DNA of 64,000 nt from an uncultured Corynebacterium sp. Its GTDB lineage: Bacteria; Actinomycetota; Actinomycetes; Mycobacteriales; Mycobacteriaceae. The translations under genes and the position numbers were made by a program. The notes beneath the pieces are model-generated. The model was not told where the DNA came from. It searched no databases and saw nothing but the letters and a program-made list of their open reading frames with translations. Positions 10,163-20,243 of this stretch are shown here, piece by piece. Within the stretch, counting starts at the first letter, position 1, and every line of letters begins with the position of its first letter. The stretch lies in the NCBI RefSeq assembly GCF_946998835.1, contig NZ_CAMQAZ010000001.1, positions 12,396-76,395 on the forward strand. The letters are read 5' to 3'.

Positions 10163-12538
10163 ATGCGCATAAATAAGAAGATTGCGTCAGTGGCCTCGGC
10201 AGGCGTGCTACTGATTAGCGGTGCCGTCGTTCTGCCACAAGCCATGGCTGCAAACAAGACAGCAACCATGTCGGTGACCTGTACTGCGAGTGACATCCCC
10301 CTTATCGGTAGTACCGACTTCAGCGTGGGCGATGTCAACATCAATGTCGAGGCGCCAGAAAAAGTCACGGTCGGCGAAGAGTTCGAAACTACGTTTTCGA
10401 TTGATCCCGTCAAAGCTGATCTGTCAGGCCTTCCTATGGGAGCCACCATTACAGAGGCTTGGCGGCTAAAGCTCGATCTGCAGCTTCCTCCGAACCTGAC
10501 TAACGTCACCACCTCAATTGACGAATCCAATGCAAACTTGAAGGGCATCAAGGCTCTAAAGGTGAACGACAGCGGAAACGTCGATCCCAACGGTGAATTC
10601 ATCCGTCTGACAAGTGCAGATAACGCCACCATTGGAAATGGTCCAAACTCAAAGTCTGCCCCCGGCGGTGTCAGCTACCGTCCTTCCGGGAAAACTCTCG
10701 AGCTTTCATTCCCTACAATCACGCTCAAAGCAACGGCCACCGCTCCTGGCAACCTGGATTTCGGTGTCCGCACCAAGGGCCAAGCTGGCTCTCACAACAA
10801 TGACCAGAACTTCCTGACCCTCGGTGCATCGGTCAAGGTTTCGGTATTCAAGCCGAATGTAACTGCTCGTTGTTCTCCACGTACTGCGGCAGACGCACCA
10901 CTCGATGAGCGCGCATCCCGCTTGATTTCAATTGAGGCCGAAGACCAAAAGCCGGCACAGGACACCTCTGTTGCCCTGACTGCCCCGGAGGCCACAGCGG
11001 GCAAGCCCACCGAACTGACCGCCACCGTCTCCCCTGCTGAAGCAACCGGCACCGTCGTGTTTAAGTCCGGTTCCATGACCTCCGCCGCAATTGAGGTGGA
11101 AAACGGCAAGGCCACAACCCAGATGACCTTCCCGGAGGCCGGCACCCACCCGGTCACCGCAACCTTCACTCCAGCCGATGCCGCGAAGTTCAACGCTTCC
11201 TCGGGTCAGCAGGACATCACCGTCGAAGGCCAGGACGCAGGCCTGCAGCTGCAGGCTCCTGACACCGTCAACGCCGCCGATGGTACCGTCGATGTCACCG
11301 CAAAGGTCGATGCCAACGCTGAGGGCACCGTCGAGTTTTCGCTTGGCGACGGCTCCGTCGTCAGCCAAAAGGTCACCAACGGTGAAGCAACTGCGTCACT
11401 GCCCATTGGTGATGCAACTGGCGCCTCCGAATTGAAGGCAGTGTTCAAGCCTGCAACCGGTTCTCCGTTCAAGACTGCAACTGCGACGAAGAACGTCACT
11501 ATTGAGGCCGCGGCCCACACGACCATGGCTCTGACTGCAGAGGGTGAGGCCACCGTCGGTCAGCCAGCAACTGTGGTTGCCCATATCACTCCGTCGGAAG
11601 GCACTACTGAGGCCAAGGGCGAAGTGACCTTTACATACGACGGCGCAGAAAACAAGGTCGAGGTACAGGACAACAAGGCTGTTCTCGAACTGACTCCTGA
11701 AACTGCGGGCGAGTTGGTCATTACCGCCAACTACGCTCCTGTCGACCGCACCCAGAGTGCCGCTACCGCAGAGACCACCCTGACCGTTGCAGAGAAGGTA
11801 GACCCCCAGGCTAGTGTTTCCCTCAATGTCGCTCTTCCGGGGTCGATTGAAAAGGGTAAGCCGGTCGATGCAACTGTGACCGTTACCCCAGATAACGCCA
11901 CGGGCACGGTATCGACGATGGTGGAAGGTAAGAAGGTCGAGGCTGAGGTCGTCAACGGCACCGCTACGCTGCCACTGACCTTCACCGAGACCGGTGCTAA
12001 GAGGCTGACGTTCACCTTCACCCCAACCGATGCCAAGAAGTTCACCGATGCCTCCAACTCCGCAGACATCACTGTCACGGATCCGGGCGAAGTCATGCCG
12101 GAAGAGCCTGGTGAACCGGGCGAGTCGGGTGAGCCGGGCGACAACCAAGGCGACGACACTCCAGGTGACGAAGCTCCGACTATCCCCGAGGAGATCAACG
12201 ACGTAGTCATCACCCCGGGTGAGGCCCTTCAGGGTGACATCGTTCTCGGCAAGGTCGAGGGTAAGACGGCAAATGTCACCGTCGCAGATGCCGACGGCAA
12301 GGGTGTGTTCGGCACGCTGAAGGTGCTTGTCGACGGCAAGCCTGCCCAGCTCAACGGCGAGGACGCTGAAATCAGCGTCGTCGGCGGCAAGGCCAAGTGG
12401 ATTATGGACATCTTCGACGCGGGTAAGCATGTCGTGACTCTGCAGTTCTTCGACACTAACAGCGTACTGAAGGGTTCGAAGAACGTCGAGGTCAACGTCC
12501 GAAACGTTGAAGTTGATCCCAGCAATATCTCCAACTAA
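10163..12538 (+). CDS. Secreted surface protein with tandem Ig-like (Big-type) repeats; no cell-wall anchor
   Basis: Signal peptide MRINKKIASVASAGVLLISGAVVLPQAMA after an AAGGA RBS. About 6 repeats of a 90-aa Thr/Val/Ala-rich beta domain (TATFTPADAAKFNASSG...). An acidic Pro/Glu/Gly linker (PGEVMPEEPGEPGESGEPGDNQGDD) precedes a distinct C-terminal domain. No LPXTG or TM at the end. Confidence 0.7.
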   Translation: MRINKKIASVASAGVLLISGAVVLPQAMAANKTATMSVTCTASDIPLIGSTDFSVGDVNINVEAPEKVTVGEEFETTFSIDPVKADLSGLPMGATITEAWRLKLDLQLPPNLTNVTTSIDESNANLKGIKALKVNDSGNVDPNGEFIRLTSADNATIGNGPNSKSAPGGVSYRPSGKTLELSFPTITLKATATAPGNLDFGVRTKGQAGSHNNDQNFLTLGASVKVSVFKPNVTARCSPRTAADAPLDERASRLISIEAEDQKPAQDTSVALTAPEATAGKPTELTATVSPAEATGTVVFKSGSMTSAAIEVENGKATTQMTFPEAGTHPVTATFTPADAAKFNASSGQQDITVEGQDAGLQLQAPDTVNAADGTVDVTAKVDANAEGTVEFSLGDGSVVSQKVTNGEATASLPIGDATGASELKAVFKPATGSPFKTATATKNVTIEAAAHTTMALTAEGEATVGQPATVVAHITPSEGTTEAKGEVTFTYDGAENKVEVQDNKAVLELTPETAGELVITANYAPVDRTQSAATAETTLTVAEKVDPQASVSLNVALPGSIEKGKPVDATVTVTPDNATGTVSTMVEGKKVEAEVVNGTATLPLTFTETGAKRLTFTFTPTDAKKFTDASNSADITVTDPGEVMPEEPGEPGESGEPGDNQGDDTPGDEAPTIPEEINDVVITPGEALQGDIVLGKVEGKTANVTVADADGKGVFGTLKVLVDGKPAQLNGEDAEISVVGGKAKWIMDIFDAGKHVVTLQFFDTNSVLKGSKNVEVNVRNVEVDPSNISN

Positions 12539-12580
12539 GCGACACAGTAGTAGACGCTGATACAGAAAAGAGTTGACACA

Positions 12581-15500
12581 ATGCGATTTTCCAAGCGCAT
12601 TCCTGCAACTGTGCTCGCAGTTGCGACAGCCAGCGCTCTAGTCCTGGCTCCGGCTACAACCGGTTCTCCGTTCGCTCCGCAGGCACAGGCTCAGGAGCAG
12701 TCCTCCCCAGCTTCGCCTATCTCAAAAACTGTTAACACCGGTGCTCCCGCCACGACTGTCTGGGGCGGAAAACTCGATACGGATCTCAGTAACTTCGGAT
12801 CAGTATCGGTTTCCTACCCGGAAAACGTTGAGGCAGGCGAAACCTTCGAGGTCACCATCCAGCCGGGTGCTTTGAGCACAAAACGCGAGCAGATTGGTCG
12901 TATCAAGTACGACATTGCTCTTCCGGCGAATGCGGCCATCACCAGCATGACCGCTTCCGACGGCAGCGGATTTGGCACCATCGGTCGCAGCTCCACCACT
13001 GCCTACACGGTCATTCGGGTGGATAAGGATGGCAACCCAAGCGCAAGCGGCGCATACGCACGCATTACCTCGACGAACCACCAGACAGTCAATAATGGCC
13101 CCAGCTGGCACAACAATGACCCCAAGGCGGGACTGTCGGTACCTGCGAACACTCCGTTCCAGCTGCCAAAGGTGACCTTCACCCTTCAAGCTCCGGCTGA
13201 AACTGGCTCCATCGTCTTTGGCCTGCGCGGCGCAGGCCAGCCTGCAGGCCCCAAGAACGATACGAACATCGAAAACACCATGTCCTTCGCGGAAGATGGC
13301 ACCTGGAAGAACGATGCGGTTTACGTCAACGCCGGCGCAGCTGGCGCTGAGCTGCTCAAGGTCAATGTGGTGAAGTCCGACATTGTCTCCCAGGTCTCTT
13401 TGAATCAGGCCAATCTAACCTCGACCACACCAAATGAGAACAGCAAGCTCCCCGTCAGTCTGGAAGCACGCGCCACCCGTCAGAAGGACGATTCACCGCT
13501 TCCCAATGATGCGACCGTGCAGTTCCAGTCCCGCACCGCTGATGGACAGTGGACCAATATTGGCGATCCAGTGACCATCGACGGCAACTTGGCTCGGACC
13601 ACCGTTGAGATTGACGACGTGGACGGCGAAGTTTTCTTCCGCGCTGTCGTTGCCGAATACACGACTCCGAATGGTTTCAAGGTTCTATCGTCGGAAAGCG
13701 ACGAGAAGTCCGTCACCGTAACTGCGGAGAACAAGACCACCGTCACCCTTGGTGAGGTTCCCGAAAGCGTCGAGCCGGGCGTCGAGGTACCTCTGACGGC
13801 GACCTACACCGTCGATGGTCGCCCGCTGCCGGAGGGCACCACGCCGGTTGTCGTTTTCAAGGCCAACGGTGAGGAAATCGGTCAGGCAGAGGTCGACGAG
13901 GAGGGCAACGCCACTCTGAACTACACGTTCGACGCAGCTTCCGAAGCGCCAGTCGAAATCACTGCCGAAGTTGCTGAGATTGTCGATGCCAACGCCGGTA
14001 ATCGAACTTGGCCCGCGGCAGCTTCCGGCGCGAAGACCATTAACGTCAAGTACAACCAGCGCGAATCCACCACCACCATCACCTCCCCTGCTGAAGGCGA
14101 GAACATGGGCACAGGATTCAAGGACATCACCGCCCGCGTGGATGTCGCCGATGACAGGCCAATCGGTGACGACGCGAAGGTTGAGTTCTGGGTCTACAAC
14201 GAGGACTTCTCAGAGGGCCTCAACATGGGCGAAGGCAACAACAACGGCGACGGGACCTTCACCATCAGCCGCCCCTTCGCACCGGGCGCCAGCCGCATCG
14301 AGGCACGCTTCCTAGGCTCCGCGACTGCGCTGCCATCGACTAGTGCCCCGGTCAACGTCACTGCTGACGAGGTCCGCATCACTGTCTCCGACAAGTCCGA
14401 CACCACCTGGGACTCCGCCACCAAGACAGATGTCACCATCGGCGACGAGACCGACCTGAAGGTCACCGTCACCCATTCCGATTCGCAGAGCGTTAACCGA
14501 CAGCCAGTAAAGACCGGCCAAGTCGAGTTCTACATCGGCGAAGAAAAGATTGGCGAGCACACGCTTTCCGACGCCGACAACGGTGTGGCCGCAATTAAGT
14601 ACGACTTCGCAGACAAGTCGGGCGAGCAGGTCGTTGTCGCAAAGTACCTGGGTGTAAACAATGCCCAGAACCAGGTCGGCATCGAGCCTTCCGAGTCCTC
14701 GTTCACCTTCAACCTGGCAAAGAAGGCCCACGACACTAAGACCGCAGTCTCTGCCGAGTGGTCCGACGAAACACCAGTTGAGGGTGATAACCCGGCAGAC
14801 ATCTCGGCTACGGTCACCGATGCTGAGGGCAACCCCGCCCCTGCTGGAATCAAGGTCGAGTTCTTCAACGGCGAAAACACCCTGGGAACTGCTACCACCG
14901 ACGAAAACGGTGTGGCCACACTTAGCGATGTGACGCTGTCCAACGACGATCACACAATCAAGGCTGTCGTAGAAGAGCAGGAAGTCGACGAGAAGCTCCA
15001 CTCTGCTAGCGAAGGTACCGCGAAGCTGAGCAAGCGCGAGGTTCCAGCTGAGCAACCAGAAACACCGGAGGAGCCGGACACCCCTGAGAATCCGGCCGAC
15101 CCCGAGGCCCCGGACGCTCCTGAGGAACCAGGCACGCCGGACAACCCGGACCAACCAGGCACCCCTGAGGATCCGGCCGACCCTGAGGTACCTCAGCCAG
15201 ATCCGAATGAGCCACCGGTCGCCGAGCCGGAGAACCCGGGCACCCCTGAGGACCCGACTGACGCTGAGGAACCAGGTACATCGGAAGACCCGACCGTCAT
15301 CGATATCCCGGCCCCAACCTGGGTAGACCCATCCGCGGCTGATCCACAGCGATGTGGTGAACCCGCCTTCGTAGAGATTCCAGAAACCGACGGAGTCGAA
15401 TACGAAATTAACGGTAAGGCTGTCGATGCCGGCAAGCACGAGTATGGATTCAATGGACCGGAGGAGGTAAAGGTCACCGCTAAGCCTCGCGATGGTTATG

Positions 15501-16156
15501 CCTTCAGCGATGATGCGGTCACAGAGTGGACCTGGCGCACCGATGGCATCGAAGAGTGCCCTCCGGTTACCCCAGGCGACGATAAGCCGGGCACGGACAA
15601 GCCAGGTACCGACAAGCCGGGCACCGACACCCCAGGCACCGATAAGCCGGGCACGGACAAGCCAGGTACCGACAAGCCGGGCACCGACACCCCAGGCACC
15701 GATAAGCCAGGTACCGATAAGCCAGGTACCGACAAGCCAGGCACCGATAAGCCGGGCACCGACACCCCAGGCACCGATAAGCCAGGTACCGACAAGCCGG
15801 GTACCGACACCCCAGGCGGCGACAAGCCGGGCACCGATAAGCCAGGTACCGATAAGCCGGGCGACAATGACGGTAAGGGCCAGTCCTCGGCATCTCAGCC
15901 GTCTGTTGCAGGGTCATCGAACGGATCCAGCAGCAGCTCTAGCACAGGCAATGGCAGTGGGATGTCGTCCAGCAGCTCTTCGAAGTCGCAGTCCAACGCA
16001 GAATCTAACGCTAAGTCCGAATCTGCAAAGTCTTCGTACGGCAGCCTGGCCAAGACCGGTGTAACCGCCGTAGCGTCGATGCTTGGCATCGCAGCAGTGG
16101 CAGTCATCATCGGCATCGCTTTGATGGCTATCCGCCGCAAGAACGATGACAGCTAA
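12581..16156 (+). CDS. Sortase-anchored cell-surface protein (1191 aa) with Ig-like repeats, acidic Pro-rich linker, PGTDK tandem repeats and an LAKTG sorting signal
   Basis: Signal peptide MRFSKRIPATVLAVATASALVLAPA. The C-terminus has LAKTG (16046-16060), then a hydrophobic TM (VTAVASMLGIAAVAVIIGIALMAI) and an RRKNDDS tail. This is the classic sorting-signal architecture. The LAxTG variant is the type used by the corynebacterial housekeeping sortase (SrtF class). Confidence 0.8.
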   Translation: MRFSKRIPATVLAVATASALVLAPATTGSPFAPQAQAQEQSSPASPISKTVNTGAPATTVWGGKLDTDLSNFGSVSVSYPENVEAGETFEVTIQPGALSTKREQIGRIKYDIALPANAAITSMTASDGSGFGTIGRSSTTAYTVIRVDKDGNPSASGAYARITSTNHQTVNNGPSWHNNDPKAGLSVPANTPFQLPKVTFTLQAPAETGSIVFGLRGAGQPAGPKNDTNIENTMSFAEDGTWKNDAVYVNAGAAGAELLKVNVVKSDIVSQVSLNQANLTSTTPNENSKLPVSLEARATRQKDDSPLPNDATVQFQSRTADGQWTNIGDPVTIDGNLARTTVEIDDVDGEVFFRAVVAEYTTPNGFKVLSSESDEKSVTVTAENKTTVTLGEVPESVEPGVEVPLTATYTVDGRPLPEGTTPVVVFKANGEEIGQAEVDEEGNATLNYTFDAASEAPVEITAEVAEIVDANAGNRTWPAAASGAKTINVKYNQRESTTTITSPAEGENMGTGFKDITARVDVADDRPIGDDAKVEFWVYNEDFSEGLNMGEGNNNGDGTFTISRPFAPGASRIEARFLGSATALPSTSAPVNVTADEVRITVSDKSDTTWDSATKTDVTIGDETDLKVTVTHSDSQSVNRQPVKTGQVEFYIGEEKIGEHTLSDADNGVAAIKYDFADKSGEQVVVAKYLGVNNAQNQVGIEPSESSFTFNLAKKAHDTKTAVSAEWSDETPVEGDNPADISATVTDAEGNPAPAGIKVEFFNGENTLGTATTDENGVATLSDVTLSNDDHTIKAVVEEQEVDEKLHSASEGTAKLSKREVPAEQPETPEEPDTPENPADPEAPDAPEEPGTPDNPDQPGTPEDPADPEVPQPDPNEPPVAEPENPGTPEDPTDAEEPGTSEDPTVIDIPAPTWVDPSAADPQRCGEPAFVEIPETDGVEYEINGKAVDAGKHEYGFNGPEEVKVTAKPRDGYAFSDDAVTEWTWRTDGIEECPPVTPGDDKPGTDKPGTDKPGTDTPGTDKPGTDKPGTDKPGTDTPGTDKPGTDKPGTDKPGTDKPGTDTPGTDKPGTDKPGTDTPGGDKPGTDKPGTDKPGDNDGKGQSSASQPSVAGSSNGSSSSSSTGNGSGMSSSSSSKSQSNAESNAKSESAKSSYGSLAKTGVTAVASMLGIAAVAVIIGIALMAIRRKNDDS
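15571..15862 (+). repeat. In-frame 15-nt tandem repeat array (about 19 units encoding PGTDK/PGTDT), including a perfect 60-bp tandem duplication
   Basis: ccgggcaccgacaag-type units. Blocks 15581-15640 and 15641-15700 are identical. Lies inside the surface-protein gene just before the Ser-rich wall-spanning segment. Confidence 0.9.
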
Positions 16157-16186
16157 GCACAACTAGCTGGCCAGTTCCCCCTCCTC

Positions 16187-16225
16187 GCAGCGCACATCGC
16201 GTCTTGCAGGAGGGGGTTCTTCGTC
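16187..16225 (+). terminator. Intrinsic terminator hairpin after the surface-protein gene
   Basis: ccccctcctcgcagcgcacatcgcgtcttgcaggaggggg, followed by ttcttcgtct. Confidence 0.55.
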
Positions 16226-16298
16226 TCCGGCGCAAGTCACAAAAGGCAACTAAGCTGGTGCGTATAAGTGCTTCGAAAAGTCGAATAAGGGAGCAGGA

Positions 16299-17936
16299 AT
16301 GACCGTAGATATCACCGCAACCGAACAGTGGGCTCAGCTAGCTAAGCGCGTGGACAATGTCCGCGCTACCTCGCTGCGTGAGCTCTTCGCCAATGAAGAG
16401 GGCCGCGCTGAGAAGCTGACTTTCGATGCGGGCACTCTCCACGTTGATCTCTCCAAGAACTTAATGTGCCTCGACGGTTTCGCCGAGCTGGTTGACCTCG
16501 CTCGCACCGCTGGCATCGAGGAAGCACGCGAGAAGATGTTCCGCGGCGACAAAATTAACTCCACCGAGAACCGCTCCGTCCTGCACACCGCACTGCGCCT
16601 GCCAGCAGAGGAAAATCTGACCGTCGGCGATCAGGACGTCGCGGCTGACGTGCATGAAGTCCTCGGCCGCATGCGCGACTTCGCTCGCAGCCTGCGCAGT
16701 GGAGACTGGCTGGGCTACACGGGCCACACCATTAAGACTGTGGTCAACATCGGCATCGGTGGCTCCGACTTGGGCCCGGCAATGGTGACCAAGGCACTGC
16801 GCACCTACGCCACCGCCGGTATTGATGCCCGCTTTGTCTCCAACGTTGACCCGTCCGACCTGCAGGCAGTTCTGGATGAGGTCGATCCAGAGTCGACGCT
16901 GTTCATCGTCGCTTCCAAGACTTTCACCACGCAGGAGACGCTCTCCAACGCTCACGCAGCTCGCCGCTGGCTGATTCAGCAGCTGGGTAGCGAAGATGCC
17001 GTCGCCAAGCACTTCGTCGCCGTTTCCACCAATGCCGAGAAGGTCGCCGAGTTCGGCATCGACACCGAGAACATGTTTGGTTTCTGGGATTGGGTCGGTG
17101 GTCGCTACTCCGTCGACTCTGCCATCGGCCTGTCGATTATGGCCGTAGTCGGCCCAATGGACTTCATGCGCTTCCTGCAGGGCTTCCGCGCAATGGATGA
17201 GCACTTCCTCACCACCCCGTTGGAGCAGAACGTGCCGGTGCTGATGGGCATGCTGAACGTCTGGTACTCCAACTTCCTCGACGCTCAGTCGCATGCCGTG
17301 CTGCCCTACTCCGAGGACCTCTCCCGCTTCCCGGCATACCTGCAGCAGCTCACCATGGAATCGAACGGCAAGTCCGTGCGTACCGACGGCAAGAGGGTGG
17401 ACTACAACACTGGAGAAATCTTCTGGGGTGAGCCGGGAACGAACGGCCAGCACGCTTTCTTCCAGCTCCTCCACCAGGGCACCCGCCTGGTTCCGGCTGA
17501 CTTCATCGGCTTTGCTCGCCCCCGCCAGGACCTGCCGACGGCATCTGGCGAAGGTTCCATGCACGATCTGCTGATGAGTAACTTCTTCGCACAGACCAAG
17601 GTGCTGGCCTTCGGTAAAACCGCAGAGGAAATCCGCGCAGAGGGCGTTGCCGAGGAGCTCGTAGAGCACAAGGTCATGCCGGGTAACCGCCCGACCACGA
17701 CCATCATGGCCGAGGAACTGACTCCGGACGCTGTCGGTGCGCTGATTGCGCTGTACGAGCACATCACTTTCGTCGAGGGCATTGTCTGGGGCCTGAACTC
17801 CTTCGACCAGTGGGGCGTGGAGCTGGGTAAGCAGCAGGCCGGTGACCTGCTGCCTGCGGTCACCGGTGAAGTGGCACCGGATTCGGGCGACGCCTCCACC
17901 GATGCGCTGCTGACGTGGTACCGCGACAAGCGCTAA
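16299..17936 (+). CDS. pgi: Glucose-6-phosphate isomerase
   Basis: 545 aa, full-length PGI with its signature motifs ([29 protein letters not shown]). Good RBS AAGGGAG. Confidence 0.95.
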   Translation: MTVDITATEQWAQLAKRVDNVRATSLRELFANEEGRAEKLTFDAGTLHVDLSKNLMCLDGFAELVDLARTAGIEEAREKMFRGDKINSTENRSVLHTALRLPAEENLTVGDQDVAADVHEVLGRMRDFARSLRSGDWLGYTGHTIKTVVNIGIGGSDLGPAMVTKALRTYATAGIDARFVSNVDPSDLQAVLDEVDPESTLFIVASKTFTTQETLSNAHAARRWLIQQLGSEDAVAKHFVAVSTNAEKVAEFGIDTENMFGFWDWVGGRYSVDSAIGLSIMAVVGPMDFMRFLQGFRAMDEHFLTTPLEQNVPVLMGMLNVWYSNFLDAQSHAVLPYSEDLSRFPAYLQQLTMESNGKSVRTDGKRVDYNTGEIFWGEPGTNGQHAFFQLLHQGTRLVPADFIGFARPRQDLPTASGEGSMHDLLMSNFFAQTKVLAFGKTAEEIRAEGVAEELVEHKVMPGNRPTTTIMAEELTPDAVGALIALYEHITFVEGIVWGLNSFDQWGVELGKQQAGDLLPAVTGEVAPDSGDASTDALLTWYRDKR

Positions 17937-17967
17937 CGTCTTCTGCCCAATTGGCCTAGATAGCTAA

Positions 17968-18024
17968 AAGTCCGCCCTCGGCTTGAACGGATTGAAATGA
18001 TTCTCGCTGAGGGCGGACTTTTGT
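17968..18024. terminator. Bidirectional terminator hairpin between pgi (+) and yccF (-)
   Basis: agtccgccctc...gagggcggact, an 11-bp stem flanked by A-run and T-run. Confidence 0.65.
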
Positions 18025-18038
18025 TATTCGTATCAGGC

Positions 18039-18452
18039 CTAAACCTTCACCGCGTAGCCGTCAGCGCGGTAGCCCTTGACAATCTCCTTGCCGAATGGGA
18101 AGCACGTCACCGGAATCATCTTGACGTTGGCCACCGCCAGCGGAATGCCCACAATGGTGACGGCCTGCGCGGCTGCCGTCGCGATGTGGCCGATGGCCAG
18201 CCACAGGCCAGCGATAAGGAACCAGATTACATTCATCACACCGGCGCTGACGGCACCGACCGCGCCCCGATCGGAACGCTCCACCACAGAACGCCCAAAC
18301 GGCCACAGTGCATAAGAAGCCATGCGGAACGAGGCCACGCCAGCAGGAATGGTGACAATCAAGATACAAGCAAGAATGCCGAAGAAAATGTAGCCCAGAG
18401 CAAGCCACAGGCCACCGAACAACAGCCAAATGATATTCAGCAAAGTCTTCAT
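18039..18452 (-). CDS. yccF: YccF-like inner membrane protein (two DUF307 repeats)
   Basis: Two internal repeats IIWLLFGGLWLALGYIF...PFG and VIWFLIAGLWLAIGHIA...PFG. Start at MKTLLNI; the track ORF extends 9 codons further. Confidence 0.75.
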   Translation of the reverse strand: MKTLLNIIWLLFGGLWLALGYIFFGILACILIVTIPAGVASFRMASYALWPFGRSVVERSDRGAVGAVSAGVMNVIWFLIAGLWLAIGHIATAAAQAVTIVGIPLAVANVKMIPVTCFPFGKEIVKGYRADGYAVKV

Positions 18453-18623
18453 GCCACCGAGTGTAGTCAGCCCGCGCAATCAGCATGTGGTGTCAACACA
18501 GCTCAACTAATGTCCGCTCAAAGACGCGCACAAAGCACATGGGCCCACCCCGACTGCAGTGAGGATGGGGCGCGGCATCCCGTCGTAAAGCGAGGGCGAG
18601 AAAAAGCTAATAGTATTTAAGAC

Positions 18624-19379
18624 ATGTCTGCCTACATTGAAGATGATGTTCTTGCCTATCGACTTGCCGTGGGTGCCAGTGAAATTCTCAAAGGCGTCCG
18701 CAACGTAGGCCTGCTGCGTGGCCGCATTCTGGGAGATGCCGGCGACGCACTGGCGCAGGAGTGGATTGCCCGCGTGTTGGAGCAGCACCGCCCCAACGAC
18801 GGGCTGCTGTCGGAAGAAGCCGCCGATAACCGCGAACGCCTGGATTCCAAGCGCGTGTGGATCATCGACCCGCTCGATGGCACTCGCGAGTTCGCTTCGG
18901 GTCGTCAGGACTGGGCAGTTCACGTCGCACTGGTAGAGGACGGCCAGCCGACGCACGCGGCTGTTGGTCTGCCGGATCTCGGCCAGGTTTTCCACACCAG
19001 CGAGGCTAAGGCCGTGCAGGGACCGCGCGCGGGCAAGATTGTTGTTTCCCGCACGCGTCCACCGGCTGTGGCGAAGTATGTCGCTGAAAAGCTGGACATA
19101 GAGCTGGTAGAGATGGGCTCCGCCGGCGCAAAGGCAATGCACGTGCTGCTCGGTGACTATGACGCGTACATCCACGACGGCGGCCAGTACGAGTGGGACT
19201 CGGCAGCGCCGGTGGGTGTTGCGAAGGCAGCAGGCCTGCACATCAGTCGCCTGGATGGTTCTGAGCCGACGTACAACAACGTCGACACGTTCCTGCCGGA
19301 TATGCTGTTCTGCCGCCCCGATATGTCGGAGGAAATTCTGGCAGCAGTGAAGGAATTCAAGGATCAAGAACAGAAATAG
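18624..19379 (+). CDS. cysQ: Inositol monophosphatase family protein, CysQ-type 3'(2'),5'-bisphosphate nucleotidase
   Basis: IMPase motifs (WIIDPLDGTREF, DWAVHVAL, C-terminal WDSAAP). Confidence 0.8.
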   Translation: MSAYIEDDVLAYRLAVGASEILKGVRNVGLLRGRILGDAGDALAQEWIARVLEQHRPNDGLLSEEAADNRERLDSKRVWIIDPLDGTREFASGRQDWAVHVALVEDGQPTHAAVGLPDLGQVFHTSEAKAVQGPRAGKIVVSRTRPPAVAKYVAEKLDIELVEMGSAGAKAMHVLLGDYDAYIHDGGQYEWDSAAPVGVAKAAGLHISRLDGSEPTYNNVDTFLPDMLFCRPDMSEEILAAVKEFKDQEQK

Positions 19380-19395
19380 GTAAGCTAGAGCGGCT

Positions 19396-20232
19396 ATGAC
19401 CGACTCCACTGACACCACGACGCACGACAATCAGGGCATCAAAACTCCGTACGAGGATTTGTTGCGCGAAATCCTCGCTGACGGAGCCGCTAAATCCGAC
19501 CGTACTGGCACGGGCACTCGCTCGGTGTTCGGCCGCCAGTTGCGCTTTGATTTGAGCGAGGGCTTTCCGCTGATTACCACCAAGAAGGTCCATCTGAAGT
19601 CCATCGTGTACGAGCTGCTGTGGTTCCTGCGCGGCGATTCGAACGTCCGCTGGCTGCAGGATAACGGCGTGACTATTTGGGACGAGTGGGCAGACGACAA
19701 CGGTGACCTCGGTCCGGTCTATGGCGTGCAGTGGCGCTCCTGGCCCACTCCGGACGGGCACCACATCGACCAGATTGCGCAGGCCCTGGAGACCCTGAAG
19801 TCCAACCCGGATAGCCGCCGAAATATCGTCAGCGCGTGGAATGTCTCTGAGATTTCCAACATGGCGCTGCCTCCATGCCATCTGCTGTTCCAGTTCTACG
19901 TCGCCGATGGCAAGCTCAGCTGTCAGCTCTACCAGCGCAGTGCGGACATGTTCTTGGGCGTGCCGTTTAACATCGCCTCCTACGCGCTGCTGACGCACAT
20001 GATGGCGCAGCAAGCGGGCTTGGATGTCGGCGAGTTCATCTGGACTGGCGGCGATTGCCACATTTACGACAACCACATTGAGCAGTGCGAGCTCCAGGTT
20101 TCCCGTGAGCCGCGCCCCTACCCCACGCTGCAGCTGCGGAAGGCTGACAGCATTTTCGACTACGCTTACGACGACATCGAAGTCATCGGCTACGACCCTC
20201 ATCCTCTCATTCGCGGTCAGGTGGCCGTCTAA
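19396..20232 (+). CDS. thyA: Thymidylate synthase
   Basis: 278 aa. Active-site [33 protein letters not shown], and C-terminal ...IRGQVAV. Confidence 0.95.
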   Translation: MTDSTDTTTHDNQGIKTPYEDLLREILADGAAKSDRTGTGTRSVFGRQLRFDLSEGFPLITTKKVHLKSIVYELLWFLRGDSNVRWLQDNGVTIWDEWADDNGDLGPVYGVQWRSWPTPDGHHIDQIAQALETLKSNPDSRRNIVSAWNVSEISNMALPPCHLLFQFYVADGKLSCQLYQRSADMFLGVPFNIASYALLTHMMAQQAGLDVGEFIWTGGDCHIYDNHIEQCELQVSREPRPYPTLQLRKADSIFDYAYDDIEVIGYDPHPLIRGQVAV

Positions 20233-20243
20233 GTCAGCGAAAG

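Noticed and set aside
15571-15862. Possible CRISPR array because of regular short repeats
   Set aside because: The period is 15 nt with no unique spacers. The repeats are in-frame coding repeats within a gene, and no cas genes are nearby.
15496-15917. ORFs on the minus strand encoding LSVPG / CRYLAYR repeats
   Set aside because: These are mirror-image translations of the PGTDK repeat array inside the surface-protein gene. The + strand frame is the real one (continuous with signal peptide and LAKTG).
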